From Vulcanimicrobiota bacterium (GTDB taxonomy: Bacteria > Vulcanimicrobiota > Vulcanimicrobiia > Vulcanimicrobiales > Vulcanimicrobiaceae), in contig CAVZQC010000001.1 in the NCBI GenBank assembly GCA_963777315.1, forward strand, positions 96,001 to 160,000: a stretch of 64,000 nt of DNA, in the 5' to 3' direction. A program made the position numbers and the translations under genes. Numbering within the stretch: position 1 is the first letter of the stretch; each line of letters starts with the position of its first letter. This document shows positions 36,494-44,113 of the stretch, piece by piece. Under the pieces are notes generated by a model. The model was not told the origin of the DNA and made no database searches. It saw nothing but the letters and a program-made list of their open reading frames with translations.

Positions 36494-38092
36494 ATGAGCA
36501 AGACGGTCTATGCCGGGGCAACGGTCGTCGACGGCACCGGCGGGCCCGCCGCCGCGTGCGACGTGTTCGTTGCCGGCGAGCGGATTGAAGAGCTCCGCCC
36601 CCACGCAGATACGCACGCGGGTTGGAACACCATCGACGCCACAGGTCTGGTGATCGCGCCGGGCTTCATCGACGTCCACTCGCACGGCGACAACGCCCCG
36701 CTGCTTCCGGGCGACGACACGATGAAGATACTGCAAGGGGTGACGACCGAAGTCGTCGGCAACTGCGGCATAAGCCTTGCGCCGACGTCCTCGCGGCACC
36801 GCGCGGCCCTGCTCGCGTCGCTCGAAGCAGTGATGCCGGTGCACGACGACATCGGCGCTAGTTTCGCCGATTTACTGCGCACCACGGATGCACGCGGCTA
36901 TGTTACCAATTACGTTCCGCTCGTCGGCCACGGCACGCTGCGTTTAGCCGCAATGGGAATGGAGCGCCGCGCAGCAACGTCGCGAGAACGGGCGTTCATG
37001 CGCGCGTCGCTCGAAGAAGCGATTGAGGCGGGAGCGTTCGGCCTGTCCACGGGACTCATTTATCCGCCCGGTGTGTTTTCCGATTCGGACGAGCTCGTCG
37101 ATTTGGCGAAATGTCTGCCCTCCGGAACGATATATACGTCGCACATCCGCGGTGAAGGCGATACGCTGCTCGATGCAGTCGCCGAAGCGTTAACGATTGG
37201 GAAAAAGGCGCACGTTGCGGTACAAATATCGCACCACAAAGCCTGCGGCAAAAAAAACTGGGGAAGAACCCGTGATTCGCTCGAGCTGATTCGGCAAGCA
37301 CGCGCGCGCGGCGTCATCGTTCACCAAGACGTCTATCCTTACACCGCCGGCAGCACGTATTTGAAAGCGGTCTTGCCTCCGGAATTTCATGAAGGGGGCA
37401 ATGCAGCGACGCTCGAGCGCCTGGGCGATCCGGAACAACTGCGTACATTACGAAAGACGCTCGAAAGCGATACGTCGCACTTTCAAAACTTCGTTGCGGA
37501 GGCGGGATACGATGGAATCCTGATCGCCTTTACGCCAAGCCATCGATTTGAAGGCAGCACGCTGGCCGAAATAGCCACGCAGCTCGGATGCTCGGCGTTC
37601 GATGCGCTGATTCACGTACTGGTGAACGAGCGTCTCGTCGCCATGATGACGATATTCTTGATGAAAGAAGACGACGTCGCGCGCGTCCTGCGTGACGAGC
37701 ACACCGTCATCGGTTCCGACGGGGCCGCGCCCGGCGTGCAAGGGCGCCATCATCCGCGATCCTACGGGACGTTTCCCCGCGTCATTGCTCATCACGTCCG
37801 CGAACTGGGGACGCTTACTTTGGAATCGGCCATTCACAAAATGACCGCGCTTCCGGCCCGCATCTTCAACATCCCCGACCGCGGTACGATCACCCCGGGA
37901 AACTTCGCCGATCTCGTCGCATTCGATCCGCGAACCTTTTCCGACGACCTCGACTTCCGAGATCCGGCACGGAACCCAAAAGGCTTGGCGTGGGTGACGT
38001 TGCGCGGTACCCAAGTCGTTCGCGGCACGGCGTATCTTGGCCGCCGGTGCGGTGCAAGATTGCAGCGCCAGGGGATCCGTTCTGCGCGATAA
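36494..38092 (+). CDS. N-acyl-D-amino-acid deacylase (amidohydrolase)
   Basis: PGFIDVHSH, GNCG, GLSTGLIYPPG, SHHK, DVYPY, GSDG, HPRSYGTFPR. Confidence 0.9.
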   Translation: MSKTVYAGATVVDGTGGPAAACDVFVAGERIEELRPHADTHAGWNTIDATGLVIAPGFIDVHSHGDNAPLLPGDDTMKILQGVTTEVVGNCGISLAPTSSRHRAALLASLEAVMPVHDDIGASFADLLRTTDARGYVTNYVPLVGHGTLRLAAMGMERRAATSRERAFMRASLEEAIEAGAFGLSTGLIYPPGVFSDSDELVDLAKCLPSGTIYTSHIRGEGDTLLDAVAEALTIGKKAHVAVQISHHKACGKKNWGRTRDSLELIRQARARGVIVHQDVYPYTAGSTYLKAVLPPEFHEGGNAATLERLGDPEQLRTLRKTLESDTSHFQNFVAEAGYDGILIAFTPSHRFEGSTLAEIATQLGCSAFDALIHVLVNERLVAMMTIFLMKEDDVARVLRDEHTVIGSDGAAPGVQGRHHPRSYGTFPRVIAHHVRELGTLTLESAIHKMTALPARIFNIPDRGTITPGNFADLVAFDPRTFSDDLDFRDPARNPKGLAWVTLRGTQVVRGTAYLGRRCGARLQRQGIRSAR

Positions 38093-38165
38093 CGTCGACT
38101 AGAAGCGCACGCGCTATGCACTGCGAAGGGCCGGTGCGTGCCTGAGCGCAAAGAGGCGAGTCAAC

Positions 38166-38996
38166 GTGATCGTTCATTTGATCGACGGAACCTACGAACT
38201 CTTCCGCCATTTCTACGGGCTGCGTCGCGCCACGAGTAATAAGGATCGGCCGTTCGGGGCGGTTATCGGCGTTCTCAATACGGTGATGCACATGATCGAC
38301 GATGGAGCAAGGTACCTGGGCGTCGCTACCGATCACGTTATCGAGTCTTTCCGCAATGAGCTTTGGCATGGGTACAAAACGGGGCTGGGAATCGAGCCTG
38401 CACTGCTTGCACAGTTCGAGCCGCTCGAGGACGCGCTGCGGGCGATGGGAATTCCGGTATGGGCGATGATCGAGCTTGAGGCCGACGATGCGCTTGCCTC
38501 GGCGGCCGCTATTGCCTCAAAGGATTCTCGCGTGCAGAAAATTTGCATTTGGACGCCCGATAAAGATCTCGCGCAATGCGTGCGCGAGGAGCGCATCGTG
38601 CAGATTGACCGAAGGAGCAAAGTCATCCGGGACGCCGATGGGGTGCGAGCGAAGTTTGGCGTAGATCCCGAGCTGATTCCTGACTATCTTGCGCTCGTCG
38701 GTGACGCCGCGGATGGTTATCCCGGCATCCCGGGCATTGGACCGAAGAACGCTGCAGCTCTGCTCGCCCGCTATGGCGCGATCGAAGTATTCCCGCGGCA
38801 AGTGCTCGGCGAGCGTCAGCGTCTCGCACTGCTATTCAAGGAATTGGCAACCCTTCGAACCGACGCTGCCCTTTTCGCCCATATCGACGAGTTGGAGTGG
38901 CGCGGACCCACTACCGAATTTTCCGCCGTGTGTACGCAATTGGGCGCTCCCGATCTCTTTGAGCGCGCCGCGCGGACGGCGCGAACCCCGACCTAA
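38166..38996 (+). CDS. Stand-alone 5'-3' exonuclease / flap endonuclease
   Basis: LIDGTYELFR, EADDALA, DKDLAQ, LVGD.ADGYPGIPGIGPK. Confidence 0.92.
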   Translation: MIVHLIDGTYELFRHFYGLRRATSNKDRPFGAVIGVLNTVMHMIDDGARYLGVATDHVIESFRNELWHGYKTGLGIEPALLAQFEPLEDALRAMGIPVWAMIELEADDALASAAAIASKDSRVQKICIWTPDKDLAQCVREERIVQIDRRSKVIRDADGVRAKFGVDPELIPDYLALVGDAADGYPGIPGIGPKNAAALLARYGAIEVFPRQVLGERQRLALLFKELATLRTDAALFAHIDELEWRGPTTEFSAVCTQLGAPDLFERAARTARTPT

Positions 38997-39037
38997 CGGG
39001 ATTTCGCCAATTTTCCGGATGTTCTCGCGGACGCTGC

Positions 39038-39487
39038 TTAGGCCCAAGCGCTCTCTTGTATGCGTGCGGGGACGATGTCCGTTCGTTCTATTTCGCGGTC
39101 GCAGTGCGTGCAGTGAAAACCCAGTTCGACGCTGCCGCCGCAGCCTTTGTGGACGACGTGACTCGTGTCCGCGCCCTTCGTAAATCGTTTGCCCCAAGAG
39201 CGTAGCGCCAGTACTACCGGCGCGAGCGCGTAGCCCTTTTCGGTGAGCAGATACTCGTAGCGGTCGGGATGCGTCTGATAGCGCTTTCGTTTCAGGATGC
39301 CCGCCTGCGTAAGTCTCTTCAACCGCGCGGATAGCACGTTGTCGGCGATGCCGGTGGCTTTGAATTCGTCGAACCGGCGAGCCCCGAGCAGCGCGTCGCG
39401 GACAATGAGCAGCGTCCACCACTCTCCCACGAGATCCAGCGTTCGGGCGATCGGGCACGGCTGTGCGGCCAAGCTGGCATGTCGCAT
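39038..39487 (-). CDS. HxlR-family winged-helix regulator
   Basis: CPIARTLDLVGEWWTLLIVRD, RRFDEF, YEYLLTEKG. Confidence 0.93.
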   Translation of the reverse strand: MRHASLAAQPCPIARTLDLVGEWWTLLIVRDALLGARRFDEFKATGIADNVLSARLKRLTQAGILKRKRYQTHPDRYEYLLTEKGYALAPVVLALRSWGKRFTKGADTSHVVHKGCGGSVELGFHCTHCDREIERTDIVPARIQESAWA

Positions 39488-39501
39488 GTCCAAAGCATAA
39501 A

Positions 39502-39550
39502 GACTTGCGTCACGCAAGTCAATATGCTATAGTCGCTTGTGTCACGCAAG
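39502..39550. promoter_or_regulatory. Tandem palindromic operators overlapping a promoter for the downstream membrane protein
   Basis: GACTTGCG-TCA-CGCAAGTC (39502-39520) and CTTGTG-TCA-CGCAAG (39536-39550); TTGCGT-17 bp-TATAGT at 39505-39533. Confidence 0.8.
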
Positions 39551-39573
39551 TAGCTATGTAACGTGAGGAGTCC

Positions 39574-40251
39574 ATGCTCGAAATGTTTCGCACCTTGGTC
39601 CTGGGAGCTGCGGTGGGGACGCTGTTCGCGGCAGCGCTCGGCTCGCTGCCGATCCGTCTGGGACAGCGGTTAGCACTCGGCGCCGGTATCGGCACTTGGA
39701 TCGCTTTCACCGTCGCGATCACCGCCTCGGGTGCGGCGCGCAGCTGGCCGCTCGTCGTGCCCGTACTGTTCATGCTGCCGCTGATTGCAGCAGGAGTCGC
39801 AGCAACGTCCGCTGCGAGCCGTTCGGCGATGATGGCTATACCGGTCCGGTTGATCGTTGCGCTCAACGTGATGCGCGTGCTCGGTGTGCTCATGCTTATT
39901 GCAGCCGTCACGGGGCTTATGAGCGGACCGTTTCCATACTTTGCCGGCATCGGCGACATCATCACGGGCCTTTTCGCCCTTCCGGTCGCGCGCGTGGCGG
40001 CACGAAACTCGCGCGACGTACGCATCCTCGAGTGGAATATTTTGGGTTCGTTCGACCTAGTAACAGCCGTGACGCTGGGCGTGATATCCGGGCGAGCAGG
40101 CTCGGCCGCGATGACGACGCTGCCCTGGGCCCTCATTCCGCTGGTGCTCGTGCCGACGTACCTGATCGGCCACGCGCTTGTCTTCGCGCACATGCGCGCC
40201 GCGGAAGGCGCGTCGAACGGCAGTAGGAGCAACTTGGCGCGAGCGATTTAG
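39574..40251 (+). CDS. Hypothetical multi-pass membrane protein
   Basis: About 7 TM; AGIGDIITG, WNILG..DL, PWALIP..LVP; GAGGAG RBS. Confidence 0.8.
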   Translation: MLEMFRTLVLGAAVGTLFAAALGSLPIRLGQRLALGAGIGTWIAFTVAITASGAARSWPLVVPVLFMLPLIAAGVAATSAASRSAMMAIPVRLIVALNVMRVLGVLMLIAAVTGLMSGPFPYFAGIGDIITGLFALPVARVAARNSRDVRILEWNILGSFDLVTAVTLGVISGRAGSAAMTTLPWALIPLVLVPTYLIGHALVFAHMRAAEGASNGSRSNLARAI

Positions 40252-40260
40252 CAACGAGAG

Positions 40261-40288
40261 AGCCCGGCTTTTACGGCCGGGTTTTCTT
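40261..40288 (+). terminator. Probable intrinsic terminator
   Basis: CCCGGC-loop-GCCGGG stem followed by TTTTCTT, 10 nt after stop. Confidence 0.6.
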
Positions 40289-40311
40289 AAAGGCCAACCG
40301 GCGATTGTCAA

Positions 40312-40404
40312 CCCGAAGAGGTATTCGCGTTCATCACTGAGTTGCTGCGGCCGATCGGAACCTATCTCTATGGGCGGCGGCTCTACGAGACGATAACGTA
40401 CGGG
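40312..40404 (+). pseudogene. Fragment of dihydrofolate reductase / RibD-C family gene
   Basis: Translates PEEVFAFITELLRPIGTYLYGRRLYETITY; no start codon, similarity ends. Confidence 0.6.
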
Positions 40405-40818
40405 AAGCGCCGGCGTGCTTCAAAGATTCCCTCAGTGAACCGTAAACGGTTCGTAAGAGCCTGGACGTGCGATTAGGAGCGCTCCTGCCTACGGCATACC
40501 GCCATCGTTTAGGCCGCGCAAATATGTGTCGATTTGCGGGCGGTGGTCTGCCAACTTTTCATTGTGCGTCACTCAGCTCGACGTCGAACCTGTCGCATAA
40601 GGATTTTACCAAAGTTGGCAACACGTCGTTGTCACAGTTTATGTACCAGCACTCATCCTCAAGTTCAAAGGAGATGTGCGCCATAGGCCGGTCCCTAAAT
40701 GGCAGCACGTATAAGTTGCTCGCCTCATGCTGATAAAGGATCAGAAGATCGCGAATATCCGAAATGAAGTTGCCCGGCTCTCGTGGACACTTCCGCTTTG
40801 GCGGAGAAGGGTCCACCA

Positions 40819-41136
40819 ATGGGCAAAAAGCGTCCGCACTCCTACCCGCCGGACTTCCGGCATAAAGTTCTTGAACTGCTGCGTACCGGTCGCCGCATAG
40901 ATGAGTTGGCCGCCGAATTCGAGCTTGCACCACAAACGATTCGCAATTGGGAAAAGCAGGTCGATCTCGATACTGGCAAGCGCACCGACGGATTGACCAG
41001 CGAAGAACGAGCAGAACTCTCGAAACTTCGACGTGAAAACAAGCGACTCACGATCGAGAATGAAATCTTGTCAAAAGCCGCGGCCTGGTTTGCTCGGGAG
41101 ACCGACGTGATCCCCAAGAAATCTTCCGACTCGTGA
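40819..41136 (+). CDS. IS3 transposase OrfA
   Basis: YPPDFR, HTH (QTIRNW), coiled coil, ENEILSKAAAWFA. Confidence 0.93.
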   Translation: MGKKRPHSYPPDFRHKVLELLRTGRRIDELAAEFELAPQTIRNWEKQVDLDTGKRTDGLTSEERAELSKLRRENKRLTIENEILSKAAAWFARETDVIPKKSSDS

Positions 41137-41975
41137 AGAGCTACCAGGCCAAATTCCACATTTCCACGATGTGCCGGGTTCTGGAGGTCTCCGCCAGCGG
41201 GTACTATGCGTGGCTCAATCGTCCACCGTCAGCGCAAGCGCGGCGCGACATTGAACTTGGTGATCGCATCGAGGCAATTCATCGACGCTCTCGCAACACG
41301 TACGGTCGACCACGCATCAAGGCCGAGTTGAAAGACGAGGGCATTACCCTGAGCAACGACCGACTTGCGCGACTCATGAACGAGCGAAATCTCGTAGGCG
41401 CAAGCCGCCGTAAGGGCGTTCGGACGACCGTGCGTGATCGAGATGCTCGACCCGCACCGGATCTTGTCGATCGAAAATTCATCGCTAACGCACCAGACAA
41501 ACTGTGGGTTGCTGATATCACGTACATCCCAACCTACGCCGGGTTCTTGTTTCTTGCAGTCGTTCTCGACGCGTTTAGCCGCCGAATCGTCGGCTATGCA
41601 ATGAGCTCGAACATGCGCACGCAACTTGTACTCGATGCGCTCAACATGGCGATTGAACGTCGTAGGCCCGAAAGCGTCATTCATCATTCCGATCAAGGAA
41701 CGCAATACACCTCGATTGCTTTCGGATCTCGGTGCCGGGAAGCTGGAGTTCGTCCGTCGATGGGTTCAGTTGGTGATTGCTACGACAACGCGATGTGCGA
41801 GAGCTTCAATGCGACGCTCGAATGCGAACTACTCGATCGGAACCGGTTCCGCACGCATAAGGAAGCCGAACTTGCTATCTTCGACTTCATCGAGGGCTGG
41901 TACAATCGGCATCGTCGCCACTCAGCTCTGGGCTACCGCTCTCCCGCCGCATATGAGCGGGAAACCGCGGCGTGA
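41133..41975 (+). CDS. IS3 transposase OrfB (DDE integrase core)
   Basis: SGYYAW, YGRPRI, WVADITY, HSDQGTQY, DNAMCESF, WYNRHRRHSALGY. Confidence 0.95.
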   Translation: MKSYQAKFHISTMCRVLEVSASGYYAWLNRPPSAQARRDIELGDRIEAIHRRSRNTYGRPRIKAELKDEGITLSNDRLARLMNERNLVGASRRKGVRTTVRDRDARPAPDLVDRKFIANAPDKLWVADITYIPTYAGFLFLAVVLDAFSRRIVGYAMSSNMRTQLVLDALNMAIERRRPESVIHHSDQGTQYTSIAFGSRCREAGVRPSMGSVGDCYDNAMCESFNATLECELLDRNRFRTHKEAELAIFDFIEGWYNRHRRHSALGYRSPAAYERETAA

Positions 41976-42699
41976 TTTCCAATCTAAAACTCTCCACGAG
42001 AGCCGGGCAACTTCAAAATTGTTTTGGGATAGAACGTGATCACATCAGCGCCAATATCGTAAGACGCGAGACCGATGTCCGTCGTGGCGCCGAACAGCTC
42101 TTGCGCCTCTTCATTTGTAACAAATTTCTCTGGAACGGATGGAGGCCAGTGCGGGTTAGGCTTTGCTGGCTGCGGCTGGTGGTCGATAAATTCTACGACC
42201 TTTGACCGGTAAAACTTCACCGTTATATTTGGCGGTGTGCACGCATTTCCCAGGACCCATGCCAACAGCGCACAAAACTCCGCCTTAAATTCAAGCGGCC
42301 TGTACCCAGTCGTTCTGATGAAAAGCTCTCCGCCTCCCACTGTTTGTGAGAGAACACGGCCGCCCGCTACGTCCTGTGCGCCAAAAGGTTGCGGTGCGCT
42401 CCAATGGTCTCCCGGCGTTTCATGAGGGGAGCAAAGATCGAAATACCAGAGTCGGCCCTGCTCATGAAGTGCAAAGAGCCGCGGCTTGACGTGTCCGCCG
42501 TGGTATTTAACCGAGCATACAGGCTGGTCAGCTCGATCAGACATCGCTAGCCATGCGGCTCAGCTGCATCGGTATGAACCGCGCCACCATGCCGCTACTT
42601 ATAGCCAGCGTAGCTCAACTCCCTCGATCAGAATGCCCTCGAGCTCAACGCTATGCTGTGACGCGCCTGACGACCGACGTTTGGCGTTTTTGTCCAACG

Positions 42700-42738
42700 G
42701 AAACAAAATAGTTGAACGAATGAGCATCCATTCAACTA
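42700..42738 (-). terminator. Probable terminator downstream of tmRNA
   Basis: Minus strand TAGTTGAATGGATG-CT-CATTCGTTCAACTA followed by TTTTGTTT. Confidence 0.65.
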
Positions 42739-42749
42739 AAGCAGAGAGA

Positions 42750-43103
42750 TGGTGGAGCTGTCGGGGTACTGCCCCCCGAGTCCGAAAAGCCGGACCAACG
42801 CGTTCTCCAGGCTCAGCTTCGAATTTATCTTACTCGCGCGTACGCCCCGAAGCCGGGCTTATCGCGCGCAGCAGGCTCTAAAGTCTCGCGCGCACGTCGA
42901 GCCAATCGTGCGAGCCAGCCCGAGTTTGTGACCGGAAAGCAAGGCGGTTCGGGCACCCCTTGCGTCCGGTGACTAGCCTAGATTAGGCAGCCAGTGCGTA
43001 TTCAGTGTTCGCGTGTATAACGCTTGCGATCGTTTTAGGAGTGCTCGCAACTCCGCCTGCTTACGTTGACCGCGGATCCTTCCGTCGAACCTATTTCAGC
43101 CCC
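42750..43103 (-). ncRNA. ssrA: tmRNA (one-piece, 354 nt); tag (A)ANTEYALAA encoded at 43012-42983
   Basis: 5' GGGGCTGAAATAGGTTCGAC, 3' CAGCTCCACCA, G3.U acceptor wobble, internal GCG AAC ACT GAA TAC GCA CTG GCT GCC TAA. Confidence 0.96.
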
Positions 43104-43208
43104 GCGAGTCGTGCCGCTTAGTATAACACGCGGCCGAAAGTCCCAGATGCGCCGCGGCGCGTGATGGGTATACCTGTATCCCGCTCCGTGCGGGACCTGG
43201 AGGCAATC

Positions 43209-43697
43209 ATGCGTACGGTCATCGCAGTCGTGCTGGCGCTCGGCCTGGGCGCACCTCTTGCGGCACAAGCCGCCACCACCGGAACCGGCGCCGACCTGGG
43301 GCAGCTGGTCGCGGCCTTCGATCGCGTCCAGAGCGTACGCGTCGTCGAAACCTTCGAGAACGGCACCGCCGCAACGGTGGACGTCCTCCCCTCGGGACAG
43401 TTCCGCATTGCCGCCACCGGCGGACAGGACGCGACGCTGGTGATGAAGCTCGCAACTCAGCCCGTGGACGGTGCCGTTTCCACTGGCGCCTACACCGTTA
43501 CGCCGGCCGGCAAAAAAACGGTTGACGGCATGCAACTCCTGGGCTACAACATCGTCGCGCCCGACGGCACCTACAATGAAACGGTCTGGGTCAACGACAA
43601 GCACCTGCCGGTTTCGGCGCACGTCCAAACCCAGGGCCATACCGTCGACGTTAGCTTCGGCGACTACAACGATTCAGCGCTCATAGCCAGGCCCTAG
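43209..43697 (+). CDS. Secreted hypothetical protein (possibly LolA/LppX-like beta fold)
   Basis: GGAGG RBS, signal peptide ending AQA, 'ETVWVNDKHLPV...VSFGDYN'. Confidence 0.7.
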   Translation: MRTVIAVVLALGLGAPLAAQAATTGTGADLGQLVAAFDRVQSVRVVETFENGTAATVDVLPSGQFRIAATGGQDATLVMKLATQPVDGAVSTGAYTVTPAGKKTVDGMQLLGYNIVAPDGTYNETVWVNDKHLPVSAHVQTQGHTVDVSFGDYNDSALIARP

Positions 43698-43728
43698 ACC
43701 GCGCCACGCCGTGCCCGCTGCCCTAGAT

Positions 43729-44112
43729 TTACCGGGTGGCGGGCTGCTGCTCCGAGCGGGGCGACCACATTTGCTGAAGGGCCGTTGCAATGACCATCAT
43801 GATTGCAGCGCCGACCAAATTGGCCAGCCACGCCGGCCAGCCCACGCCCGTATTCTCGAAGTGCGGCGCGATCCAAACGGTGAGCCAGAACAGAATGTAG
43901 TCGACGATGAGCGTGAACAACCCATGCGTTATCCAATTGAGCGGCGCGGTTAGCAGCCGCAGCACGGGTCCGATGAACGCGTTGACGATTCCGAAAACGA
44001 TGGCGGCGATAATCGCAGTACCGGCCCCGACGTTGTGATTGAAGCCCGGAACGAAATGCGCGATCAGATAGAGGACGATGGCGTTGATAATGAAGCGGAT
44101 GATGAGGTGCAT
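43729..44112 (-). CDS. YvlD/DUF360 4-TM 'phage holin family' membrane protein
   Basis: 'AAIVFGIVNAFIGPVLRLLTAPL..IT.GLF'. Confidence 0.85.
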   Translation of the reverse strand: MHLIIRFIINAIVLYLIAHFVPGFNHNVGAGTAIIAAIVFGIVNAFIGPVLRLLTAPLNWITHGLFTLIVDYILFWLTVWIAPHFENTGVGWPAWLANLVGAAIMMVIATALQQMWSPRSEQQPATR

Positions 44113-44113
44113 G

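Larger units (their letters stand above)
40765..42015 (+). mobile_element. IS3-family insertion sequence, 1251 bp
   Basis: TG...CA ends; 23-bp perfect inverted repeats TGAAGTTGCCCGGCTCTCGTGGA; 3-bp target duplication AAA; orfA/orfB. Confidence 0.96.
40559..42544 (-). pseudogene. Hypothetical 243-aa gene interrupted by IS3 element
   Basis: Removing 40765-42015 and one AAA copy joins ...FYPKTI to SDIRDLLIL... in frame (529+203=732 nt). Confidence 0.8.

Noticed and set aside
43729..44112. Prophage suggested by a 'phage holin family' gene beside tmRNA
   Set aside because: The YvlD-type family is a common chromosomal gene near uvr genes; no integrase, capsid, terminase or lysin is present.
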